Positions 9,085 through 17,222 of a DNA stretch of 64,000 bases are shown here, piece by piece (the first letter of the stretch is position 1; each line of letters begins with the position of its first letter). The translations under genes were made by a program, and so were the position numbers. The notes beneath the pieces were generated by a model. The model ran no database searches, had not been told where the DNA came from, and saw only the letters and a program-made list of their open reading frames with translations. Source of the DNA: an uncultured Bacteroidales bacterium (GTDB lineage: Bacteria > Bacteroidota > Bacteroidia > Bacteroidales > JAGOPY01); contig CAZAZE010000007.1 in NCBI GenBank assembly GCA_964489545.1, positions 120,015 to 184,014 on the forward strand, read 5' to 3'.

Positions 9085-9780
9085 TCAGAACAAGATACCT
9101 GCACCCAGTTCCAGGAAATTATGAAACGCCCTGTTTTTCAGCATCGGATCTGCCGGGTTGTTCCCCAGAAGAATGTTGTTGAATCCGTTATCATAGGTCA
9201 GATCGATGACCACCGCGGTCGATCCTTTCAGGACGATCTCCACACCGCCGCCAACAATCAGCGACTGGCGCATCAGCGTGATCTCATCGCTGATGTTTAT
9301 TTTTTCGGCGCTTTCCGTACCCCCATCCCAGGTGAACGCATCGTTGGCTTTGGCCGAAAGGTTGAAGGCGGTTCCCAGGCCGATCTTGCCGTACAAACGA
9401 ATGTTTTCCTTGATTTCGGCCTTCATTTTTAAGGTCAGGGGGATTTGCAGGTATTTCAGGTTGTATTTCCTTGACAGGACGCCCGTTTCCGGAATCGTAT
9501 CATTGCCAATGTCCATGGCATAAGGGTATTCCAGTTTGCCGCCGTTGAAATTCACATTGAAGCCCGTGGAAATGGCATAGTTTTCCATCAGGTAAAAATC
9601 TCCGATAAAACCCCAGGTAAATCCGGGAACGATGCCATCGCTGGCGTATCCTTCCGTGTCGGGTTTCATCCAGCCGATATTCATGGCGGCACGCATACCG
9701 AAGACAACCGGTTTGTACTGAGCCTGAATCTGTATGCCAACCAGTAGAATGATCGCGGTGAGTAATATTTTCTTCATCAA
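9085..9780 (-). CDS. Small outer-membrane beta-barrel protein (OMP_b-brl_2 / porin-family, PorT-like class)
   Basis: Signal peptide MMKKILLTAIILLVGIQIQAQ, alternating-hydrophobic strands, a YLQIPLTLK motif and a C-terminal aromatic residue (GILF). Confidence 0.7.
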   Translation of the reverse strand: MMKKILLTAIILLVGIQIQAQYKPVVFGMRAAMNIGWMKPDTEGYASDGIVPGFTWGFIGDFYLMENYAISTGFNVNFNGGKLEYPYAMDIGNDTIPETGVLSRKYNLKYLQIPLTLKMKAEIKENIRLYGKIGLGTAFNLSAKANDAFTWDGGTESAEKINISDEITLMRQSLIVGGGVEIVLKGSTAVVIDLTYDNGFNNILLGNNPADPMLKNRAFHNFLELGAGILF

Positions 9781-9798
9781 TTCGTTTTAAAGTCTGTG

Positions 9799-9806
9799 CA
9801 AAATTA
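9799..9806 (-). promoter_or_regulatory. -7 promoter box TAATTTTG (minus strand)
   Basis: The reverse complement of CAAAATTA lies 19 nt upstream of the ATG at 9780. Confidence 0.4.
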
Positions 9807-9872
9807 AACTTAATTCCGATTCAGGATTTTCAGGAACCGGTTTAAGGTGAACTAATATCTTTAAGAAAAAAC

Positions 9873-9880
9873 TATTTTTG
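9873..9880 (+). promoter_or_regulatory. -7 promoter box TATTTTTG
   Basis: TAnnTTTG match 23 nt upstream of the ATG at 9903. Confidence 0.4.
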
Positions 9881-9902
9881 CACCGCCTAATAACCAATTA
9901 AT

Positions 9903-10499
9903 ATGAAAAGAATTATCGTCATTCTCGCTGTATTATTGATCTCTCTGGAAAATTACGGACAATTCAGTTTTGGACCCAAGGTCGGCTACACGACATCCAA
10001 GCTGTCCACTGACCTGGATGACATCAAAGAGAGCGTCAAACACAATTTCCAGATCGGTGCTTTTGCCCGGTTTGGTAAGAAACTCTATCTTCAACCGGAG
10101 ATATATTACGCTACCGGCGGAGGTACGCTGAAACTGGAAGGAACGTCACTGGAAGAGAGCATCAAGCTGAAAAACCTGGCGGTTCCCGTTCTGGTCGGTT
10201 TTAAGCTGATCAACGCTGAAGTACTCAATGTGCGGGCGTTCGTCGGTCCGACGGCCAATTTCATCCTGAATAAGGAAGTCGATGCCAGTGACCTGGTGAC
10301 GGATCCACTGCAGGACAGCAATTTCAAGAATGTCGCCTGGGGGCTGGACCTTGGCGCAGGGATCGATGTCTTTTTCCTCACATTCGATATCCGCTACGAG
10401 ATCGGATTGAACAACATCTACATTCCAACTGACGGAGGAGAAGACCAGAAAATGAAAAGCAACAATTTCATTGTCAGCCTCGGCTTTAAGCTGCTTTAA
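9903..10499 (+). CDS. Small outer-membrane beta-barrel protein (porin-family)
   Basis: Signal peptide, an LAVPVLVGFKL motif and a C-terminal ...SLGFKLL. Divergent from the 9085-9780 paralog. Confidence 0.7.
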   Translation: MKRIIVILAVLLISLENYGQFSFGPKVGYTTSKLSTDLDDIKESVKHNFQIGAFARFGKKLYLQPEIYYATGGGTLKLEGTSLEESIKLKNLAVPVLVGFKLINAEVLNVRAFVGPTANFILNKEVDASDLVTDPLQDSNFKNVAWGLDLGAGIDVFFLTFDIRYEIGLNNIYIPTDGGEDQKMKSNNFIVSLGFKLL

Positions 10500-10519
10500 A
10501 ACAATATTCCGGGCTGTTC

Positions 10520-11512
10520 ATGAAGGCAAAGCGTTCCATATTGACCTCACTGGCGATCCTTTTCCTGTTTTCGTGCCAGGCTCCGGACAGCAAACAGCCT
10601 TCACGGAAATCAGAAGCCCCGACAATAATTATTAAAGATTACGGCCACGCTTTATTCTCGCTGGATCCGGACCGGCTGCATGAAGGCCTGGACAGTCTTT
10701 CTGAAAGTTTCCGGATTTTCACGGGAGCGACCCGCGACAGCGTCCAGGTGCAGCAAATAAGGGATTTTGTCACCGATCCGTTTAACCGCGAACTTGCTGC
10801 GGCCTCCAGGCAGGTATTTCCTGAGGGCGCATTCCCGGCATCAGAGCTTACCCAGCTGATGAATGAAATCCAAAAGAATATCCCCGGATTTCAAACACCG
10901 GAAATGTACACCTATATTTCAGGCTTGATGTATGAAATGCCGGTGATGTACCAGGATTCAGTTCTGATCATAGCGCTGGACATGTTTCTCGGGGCGGATT
11001 TCGAACCATATCGCGCCATCGGTATCCCGCGCTATGTCGCCCGGAGGATGATTCCGGAAAACATGATACCGGAGTGCGCCCGGCAGATCGCCTATTCCTG
11101 GCTTCCCGGCGACAACAGCCCCAAAACCCTGCTGGATCATATGCTGCTGCACGGCAAGGTGATGTATGCCCTGGATGTGCTTTTACCCTCCACCGCCGAC
11201 AGTCTGAAGATCGGCTATACCCCGGGACAGTTGGAGTGGTGCCGGAACAATGAGGCCAGTCTCTGGCGCCTGTTCATCGACCAGGAAATGCTGTACAAGG
11301 GCGATGCACATATCCTTTCGAGATTTATGCAGGACGGGCCGTTCACAGCGGGGCTGCCTGACGGGGCGCCGGCCATGACCGGAAAGTTCATGGGCTGGCA
11401 GATCATCCGCGCTTATATGAAAAAGAATCCAACCATTTCGCTTGACGCCCTGTTCTCCACGCACGACGCCCAGCAAATCCTTTCCCGGTCGGGCTACAAA
11501 CCTCCCAAATAA
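10520..11512 (+). CDS. gldB: GldB-like gliding-motility lipoprotein
   Basis: Lipobox LFLFSC and 330 aa. The central IALDMFLGADFEPYRAIGIPRYVARRM segment resembles the GldB signature as I remember it. Not verified by search. Confidence 0.55.
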   Translation: MKAKRSILTSLAILFLFSCQAPDSKQPSRKSEAPTIIIKDYGHALFSLDPDRLHEGLDSLSESFRIFTGATRDSVQVQQIRDFVTDPFNRELAAASRQVFPEGAFPASELTQLMNEIQKNIPGFQTPEMYTYISGLMYEMPVMYQDSVLIIALDMFLGADFEPYRAIGIPRYVARRMIPENMIPECARQIAYSWLPGDNSPKTLLDHMLLHGKVMYALDVLLPSTADSLKIGYTPGQLEWCRNNEASLWRLFIDQEMLYKGDAHILSRFMQDGPFTAGLPDGAPAMTGKFMGWQIIRAYMKKNPTISLDALFSTHDAQQILSRSGYKPPK

Positions 11513-11546
11513 AAAATTTTTTTGACGACCGGGTATATCTGCCCTT

Positions 11547-11604
11547 TTTTCCGGATTAAGCAGTGAAATCCATGGATTTCATCTCATTAATTAAATCCGG
11601 AAAA
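11547..11604 (+). promoter_or_regulatory. Nested inverted repeat: an 11-bp outer stem enclosing a perfect 18-nt palindrome, ending 2 nt before the comM ATG
   Basis: TTTTCCGGATT (11547-11557) pairs with AATCCGGAAAA (11594-11604). The inner TGAAATCCATGGATTTCA (11564-11581) is a perfect palindrome. Confidence 0.45.
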
Positions 11605-11606
11605 AT

Positions 11607-13145
11607 ATGTTAGTAAAAACTTATGGTTGTGCAATTTACGGCATCAATGCCGTTACGGTCACCGTAGAGGTGAACATAGAACAGGGCGTTAACTTCTTCA
11701 TGGTGGGCCTTCCCGACAGCGCGGTAAAGGAAAGCCATCAGCGGATCGAAGCGGCTTTGCGCTACATCGGCTACCGTTTACCCGGGAAAAAAGTCGTGAT
11801 CAATATGGCCCCTGCCGACATTAAGAAGGAAGGCTCCCACTATGACCTGACCCTGGCCATTGGCATCCTTGGGGCATCGGAGCAAATTGCCGTGGAAAAG
11901 ATCGGCGAGTATGTGATTATGGGGGAACTGTCGCTCGATGGAAGCGTCAAGCCCCTGAAGGGCGCTCTTCCCATCGCCATTGAAGCCAAACGGAGGGGGT
12001 TCCGGGGCCTGGTCGTTCCCGTGGCCAACGCCAGGGAAGCGGCAATTGTCAGCGGGATTGACGTTCTCGGAATAGAAAACATCACGGACGTCATCGACTT
12101 TTTTAACGGGAAGAGGAAGATTCAGCCCGTGGAGATCGATATCGAGGAAGAATTTTTCCGAAACCTGAACAATTACGAGTTCGATTTTGCGGATGTGAAG
12201 GGGCAGGAAAACATCAAGCGGGCGCTGGAAATCGCAGCGGCGGGGAACCATAACGTGATCCTGATCGGGCCTCCCGGGTCCGGAAAGACCATGCTCGCCA
12301 AAAGGCTGCCCTCCATTTTACCGCCGCTGAACCTGGAAGAGGCTTTGGAAACCACCAAGATCCATTCCGTTGCCGGCAAATTGCGTCGGAACGAATCGCT
12401 GCTGACCGTCCGCCCCTTTCGGGCACCCCATCATACCATCAGTGACGCGGGTTTGGTTGGCGGGGGCTCATTTCCGCAGCCGGGGGAGATCAGCCTGGCT
12501 CAGAACGGCGTGCTGTTCCTGGATGAGCTGCCCGAGTTCAAGCGTTCGGTGCTGGAAGTGCTCCGTCAGCCGATGGAGGAACGGGTCATCACCATATCCC
12601 GGGCGCGGTTCGCCATCGAGTACCCGGCCAATTTCATGCTGGTTGCGGCTATGAATCCTTGCCCCTGCGGCTATTACAACCACCCTGCCCAGGAGTGCGC
12701 CTGCCAGGCGGGAACGGTGCAGAAATACCTGAACCGGATCTCCGGCCCGCTGATGGACCGGATCGACCTGCACGTGGAGGTGGTCCCGGTTCCTTTCCGG
12801 GAATTATCCACCTTCGCCCGGCCGGAAAGCAGCCAATCGATCCGGGAAAGGGTCATCCGGGCCCGGAAGATTCAGCAGGCGAGATTCTCGGAACTGCCCG
12901 GAATTCACAGCAACGCGCAAATCCCGTCAAAAAAGCTGGCGGGATTGTGCCCTATCCATGATGAAGGGCAGGCATTGCTGAAAGAGGCCATGGAGCGGAT
13001 CAATCTTTCGGCGCGGGCGTATAACCGGATATTGAAAGTCTCGCGGACCATCGCCGATCTGGATGGGAGTGAAAATATCCGCACCGAGCACCTGGCCGAA
13101 GCCATACAATACCGCAGCCTGGACCGGGAAAACTGGGGCAGCTGA
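11607..13145 (+). CDS. comM: YifB/ComM-family Mg-chelatase-like AAA+ ATPase
   Basis: N-terminal Lon-protease-like domain, Walker A GPPGSGKTMLA, LFLDELPEF, a C4-type CPCGYY...CAC cluster, 512 aa. Confidence 0.9.
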   Translation: MLVKTYGCAIYGINAVTVTVEVNIEQGVNFFMVGLPDSAVKESHQRIEAALRYIGYRLPGKKVVINMAPADIKKEGSHYDLTLAIGILGASEQIAVEKIGEYVIMGELSLDGSVKPLKGALPIAIEAKRRGFRGLVVPVANAREAAIVSGIDVLGIENITDVIDFFNGKRKIQPVEIDIEEEFFRNLNNYEFDFADVKGQENIKRALEIAAAGNHNVILIGPPGSGKTMLAKRLPSILPPLNLEEALETTKIHSVAGKLRRNESLLTVRPFRAPHHTISDAGLVGGGSFPQPGEISLAQNGVLFLDELPEFKRSVLEVLRQPMEERVITISRARFAIEYPANFMLVAAMNPCPCGYYNHPAQECACQAGTVQKYLNRISGPLMDRIDLHVEVVPVPFRELSTFARPESSQSIRERVIRARKIQQARFSELPGIHSNAQIPSKKLAGLCPIHDEGQALLKEAMERINLSARAYNRILKVSRTIADLDGSENIRTEHLAEAIQYRSLDRENWGS

Positions 13146-13210
13146 AAGCATCCGGCAGTGGCGGTATTTTCAATTTGCGCTACGGGGTTGATTTCTGCAG
13201 AATAAAGTCT

Positions 13211-13218
13211 TATCTTTG
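13211..13218 (+). promoter_or_regulatory. -7 promoter box TATCTTTG (distal, 243 nt upstream of the next ATG)
   Basis: Exact TATCTTTG, with a TTG about 21 nt upstream (13188-13190). Confidence 0.4.
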
Positions 13219-13404
13219 TCTGTACACGATCCTAAACCATCGTGAATGAACTGTTTCAGCCGGTCTTACACTATCATCGAGGCATGTTGCCCTGATGCTG
13301 CCATTATCATCAAAAAGAAAAATACGCTTTGTTGATGAACAATACTGTGATATTATGCGTATATTTAACACTTGACATTTTTTGGAGATTTTATTTAAAC
13401 AGTT

Positions 13405-13412
13405 TATCTTTG
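13405..13412 (+). promoter_or_regulatory. -7 promoter box TATCTTTG (proximal)
   Basis: Exact TATCTTTG 49 nt upstream of the ATG at 13461. Confidence 0.45.
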
Positions 13413-13460
13413 CGCCTTATAACGCCAAAAGTCGGAAATATTAATTAAAATTATGATCAT

Positions 13461-16016
13461 ATGAAAAAGTACTACCTCTTCCTTTCCCGCTGCCTGCTTT
13501 TTGCAATGATTGCCATTCTGCCACTGGTATCCATTGCTCAGGACACCGTGCAGGATGATAAAATGACCCGAAAAGAAAAAAGGCAGCAATTCGACAAGTA
13601 TTTCTTTATCAACGCGAATGCGGGTGTGATGATGAGTCATACCGACATTTTCATCAACAAATTCGCACCCCCCGTTGGCGAATGGCGGTTAGGATACGGC
13701 GGCAAATTCGGCTGGCAGTTCCACCCGGTATTTGGCGTTCGCGCCGAAGCTGGCGGCGGGCATCTCTATGGAAGAAGGCTTTCCACCTGGGATGACACCT
13801 GGTGGCTGGTGCAGGAAACCGGCATCGATGACGGCGAAGTCTGGTACAGGGCGAGCATCCTCGATTACTCCCTGAACCTCACCATCAATTTCAGCAACCT
13901 GATTTCCGGTTACAACCCGGACCGCCTGCTCGATGTATACGGTATGGCCGGTATCGGCCAGGCACAGTGGCGCACGGAAGCTTTCAACAAGGCCACCGGC
14001 GCGCAAATCCGCCAGAATGGAATGGGAGAAGGCACAGACAACCCGGTCATTGACGGCGTGGGCACCAACGCCGGTTTCGGCGACCGCACGATGACCTGGG
14101 AAGTTCCCGCAGGTCTTGGACTGGCATTCCACCTCAGCCCGAAATTTGACCTCAACCTGGAATCCCAGCTAAAATTCGTCGACAGCGACCGCCTCGACAA
14201 CTTTGCCAATGGGGAAATGCCTGTTAAAAGAGACATCTATTCCTACACCTCGCTGGGTCTGACTTACAAATTCGGCAAATCGGACCCGCTGAAGCAAATG
14301 ACCAAGGAATTCGAGACCGTCAATTTCAAAGCAGAACCTGACCCGCTGGAAGCCCATGGCGATATCGTCCCGATCAAAATCACGGGCACCTTCCCGGATG
14401 GTTATTTCGATCCCAAAGTCGCGATGTGCGCTATTCCCAAGCTGAAATGCGAGGACGGCACCATCATCGAACTCGATCCCATTCTTCTGAAAGGATCTGA
14501 TGTGGGCGGCGAAGGAATCGTAATTCCCGAAAGCGGCGGCTCCTTTACCTACAACACCCAGGTTCCCTACCAGGAAAGCCTGAGGGCTTCCGAACTCATC
14601 CTTGAGCCCATCATCTTCCTGCCCAAAGAGAACCTGACCGCTGAAAGCTGCAGCGATGAATTCATCAGCCAGTACAAAAATGTAGCCCTGCCGCAAAGAA
14701 AACTCGCTGATGGCGTGATCATCACCCCCAGCCGTTATGCCTTCAACAATGTTGGCGTCATCGCACCCCATGGTTATGAAAAAGTCACCATCCTGAGCAA
14801 GGAAGCGAAAATCTTCTTCGAGGTGAACAGGTATAACCTCAACTGGAACCTGCCGCTGAACAAGATGGAGGAACATAAGGCAAAGCTCACTGAACTGATC
14901 GATTTTGTTAATCTCGGTTACCAGATCAAGGACATCAATATCGACGGATGGGCCTCACCGGAAGGGGAAGAAACCTTCAACCAGGGCCTGTCAGAGAACA
15001 GGGCCAAGACGGCTAAGGGCTATATGGTCGACCAGATCAAGAAACTCATCAAGGCAAAGGATACTAAGCTGACCATCAAGGATTCTGACAAGGACATCCA
15101 GTACAACCTGGTGCATCATGGTCCTGACTGGAACGGATTCCTGTATAATGTTCAGAATTCGGACATTAAGGATAAGAACATCATCCTGAATGTCATCAAT
15201 TCGGCCGGTACGCCTGCGAAAAAAGAGCAGGAGATCCGGAACATGATCGTGATCTATCCGGAGATTGAAGAAAAGATGCTCGCCAAACTGAGAAGGGCTG
15301 AGATCGTGGTGAACTGCTACGAACCGAAAAAGACCGATCAGGAAATCGCCAGCCTGTCGACCAGCAATCCCAGGGGCCTCAACGAGAAGGAACTGCTTTA
15401 TGCAGCTACCCTGACCGAAGACAAGAAAACCCAGCTGGATATTTACAAATCGGCCATCAATATCTTCCCGGACAGCTATAAAGGCTATGCCAACGCCGCG
15501 GCCATCGAGATCGAAATGAACGACCTGAATGCAGCCAAAGCGCACCTGGAAAAAGCAGCCAGTCTGAATCCCAACAGCCATGAAGTGCACAACAACCTCG
15601 GCGTGGTTTATGCCCTGCAGGGCGACCTTACCAAGGCTGAGGAGCACTTCACCAAGGCCAACCAGCTCGGCGGCAATGCCAACTACAACCTTGGCGTGAT
15701 CAACATCAACAAGGGCGAGTATGCAAAAGCCATCAACCTCTTCGGTAACACGACCTGCGACTACAACGTGGCCGTGGCGTACATCGCTTCGAAGAATTAT
15801 CCTCCGGCTGAAAAGCAACTGAGCTGCGCCCCGAAGGATGCCCAGACCCATTACCTGATGGCCATTCTCGGCGCCCGGACCGCGAACAACAGCATGCTGT
15901 TCGAAAACCTTGGAAAAGCCATCCAGATGAATGGAGCCTACAAGGCGGAAGCCGCGATCGACAGGGAATTCATCAAGTATTTCAGCGATCCGAACTTCAC
16001 CAGCCTGGTTAAGTAA
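13461..16016 (+). CDS. Composite outer-membrane protein: N-terminal beta-barrel, central unknown domain, OmpA-C-like segment, C-terminal TPR repeats
   Basis: Signal peptide ending ...SIAQ. A ~250-aa Gly/aromatic-rich barrel ends in SLGLTYKF. The segment IDGWASPEGEETFNQGLSENRAKTAKGYM resembles the OmpA-C GxxxxxG..N..LS..RA motif. At least three TPR units follow (YKGYANAAAIEIEMNDLNAAKAHLEKAASLNPNS...). Confidence 0.6.
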   Translation: MKKYYLFLSRCLLFAMIAILPLVSIAQDTVQDDKMTRKEKRQQFDKYFFINANAGVMMSHTDIFINKFAPPVGEWRLGYGGKFGWQFHPVFGVRAEAGGGHLYGRRLSTWDDTWWLVQETGIDDGEVWYRASILDYSLNLTINFSNLISGYNPDRLLDVYGMAGIGQAQWRTEAFNKATGAQIRQNGMGEGTDNPVIDGVGTNAGFGDRTMTWEVPAGLGLAFHLSPKFDLNLESQLKFVDSDRLDNFANGEMPVKRDIYSYTSLGLTYKFGKSDPLKQMTKEFETVNFKAEPDPLEAHGDIVPIKITGTFPDGYFDPKVAMCAIPKLKCEDGTIIELDPILLKGSDVGGEGIVIPESGGSFTYNTQVPYQESLRASELILEPIIFLPKENLTAESCSDEFISQYKNVALPQRKLADGVIITPSRYAFNNVGVIAPHGYEKVTILSKEAKIFFEVNRYNLNWNLPLNKMEEHKAKLTELIDFVNLGYQIKDINIDGWASPEGEETFNQGLSENRAKTAKGYMVDQIKKLIKAKDTKLTIKDSDKDIQYNLVHHGPDWNGFLYNVQNSDIKDKNIILNVINSAGTPAKKEQEIRNMIVIYPEIEEKMLAKLRRAEIVVNCYEPKKTDQEIASLSTSNPRGLNEKELLYAATLTEDKKTQLDIYKSAINIFPDSYKGYANAAAIEIEMNDLNAAKAHLEKAASLNPNSHEVHNNLGVVYALQGDLTKAEEHFTKANQLGGNANYNLGVININKGEYAKAINLFGNTTCDYNVAVAYIASKNYPPAEKQLSCAPKDAQTHYLMAILGARTANNSMLFENLGKAIQMNGAYKAEAAIDREFIKYFSDPNFTSLVK

Positions 16017-16034
16017 ACACACCCAGGCCGATAC

Positions 16035-16073
16035 AAAAGAGGCTGCTTCGAATGAAGCAGCCTCTTTTTTTTT
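16035..16073. terminator. Bidirectional rho-independent terminator between convergent genes
   Basis: Perfect 15-bp stem AAAAGAGGCTGCTTC / GAAGCAGCCTCTTTT with a GAAT loop. It is flanked by an A-run and a 9-nt T-run. Confidence 0.8.
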
Positions 16074-16731
16074 ACAGCAGGATCCGGTGGATCCCCGCCT
16101 CATAATCCTGGCTGATCAGATCAAGAAAAATACGGTAGTCCTTTTCAGATTCCATAAAATCCACCCGGCTGGTATCGATGATCAATATGCTTTGTTGCCC
16201 GAGTGATTTAAAATGGTTCAGGTATCCATTCTGGATCTGCTCGAGGTATTCCGGCCTGATCTTCTGTTCATACTCCCTTCCCCGCCGACGGATATTCTCC
16301 TTCAGCCTGGGAATGTCCAGGTACAGATATACCAGCAATCCCGGCCGGGGCAGGAATGCACTGATGATATGGAACAGGCGGGAATATAAATTGAACTCAT
16401 CTGATTTCAGGTTGTTTCGGGCGAAGATGAGCGATTTGTCAATGAAATAATCGGAAATGGTGAGCGTATTGAACAGTTCCTGCATCGGCAGCCGGTCTTT
16501 CAGCTGCTGGTACCGGTCGGCCAGGAACGACATCTCGAGCGGGAAGGCATAGGCGTCGGGATTTTCATAGAAACGCGGCAGGAACGAATTGTCTTCAAAG
16601 CGCTCCAGGATGAGCCGGGCCTCATAGTCTGCCGAAAGCCGCTGGGCCAGAGTGGTTTTACCTGCGCCAATATTGCCTTCAATGGCAATGAAACTGTATT
16701 TCAATTCCGGTACATGCATGCTATTCTTCAT
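16072..16731 (-). CDS. Deoxynucleoside kinase, paralog 2
   Basis: P-loop IAIEGNIGAGKTTLA and LID RRRGREYE. I prefer the start at 16731 (MKNSM) or 16719 (MHVPE). The listed 16887 start would run through folK. Confidence 0.85.
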   Translation of the reverse strand: MKNSMHVPELKYSFIAIEGNIGAGKTTLAQRLSADYEARLILERFEDNSFLPRFYENPDAYAFPLEMSFLADRYQQLKDRLPMQELFNTLTISDYFIDKSLIFARNNLKSDEFNLYSRLFHIISAFLPRPGLLVYLYLDIPRLKENIRRRGREYEQKIRPEYLEQIQNGYLNHFKSLGQQSILIIDTSRVDFMESEKDYRIFLDLISQDYEAGIHRILL

Positions 16732-17212
16732 GAAACGGCACAACGGCGAGCGTATCCGGGCATTCATCCAGCAGGAGGCCGATGGTTTTTTGGTATTCCG
16801 GGTGCACCTGGTCGGGGGCGATTTCCGATAACGGAAACAAAACAAATCTGCGGTAAGGGATCTTCGGGTGCGGGACCCGGAGCGCATCCCTGTCGATGAT
16901 CTCGTCGTTGAACAATAGAATGTCTATGTCTATCGTCCTCGACTGATATCCGTTATTTATCCGGACCCGGCCCAGTCTTTCCTCGATCCGGAGAATTCTA
17001 AGGAGCACTTCCTCAGAAGAACAGGGTGTTTCAACGCGGACTGCCTGATTCAGGAAATGATTTCCGGAGATAAAGCCCCAGGGTTCGGTTTCGTAGACGG
17101 ACGACACCCGGGTTATTTTGCCAATCTCCTCCCCGATCGCATCAAGTGCGTGTTTCAGCATGGATGGCCGGTGTTCCAGATTGCTCCCGAGCAACAAGAA
17201 AACAATGTTCAT
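16721..17212 (-). CDS. folK: 2-amino-4-hydroxy-6-hydroxymethyldihydropteridine diphosphokinase
   Basis: LLLGSNL...SVYETEPWGF...IDIDILL motifs. ATG at 17212 (MNIVFLLLGSN); the listed first codon at 17230 is TTG. Confidence 0.85.
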   Translation of the reverse strand: MNIVFLLLGSNLEHRPSMLKHALDAIGEEIGKITRVSSVYETEPWGFISGNHFLNQAVRVETPCSSEEVLLRILRIEERLGRVRINNGYQSRTIDIDILLFNDEIIDRDALRVPHPKIPYRRFVLFPLSEIAPDQVHPEYQKTIGLLLDECPDTLAVVPFHEE

Positions 17213-17222
17213 CACGGAATAT

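Noticed and set aside
14991-16103. A 370-aa minus-strand ORF
   Set aside because: It is antisense to the TPR portion of the 851-aa OMP gene and runs through the bidirectional terminator hairpin. It has no motifs.
16732-16887. N-terminal extensions in the ORF track. Examples are dNK2 to 16887, the T9SS cargo to 21209, the M20 peptidase from 21246, nadK to 45108, prsW from 48086, dsbD to 26691, korA to 31069 and skp to 38981.
   Set aside because: Each extension overlaps the neighbouring gene or precedes an obvious signal peptide or conserved N-terminus. The internal ATG gives the family-typical start.
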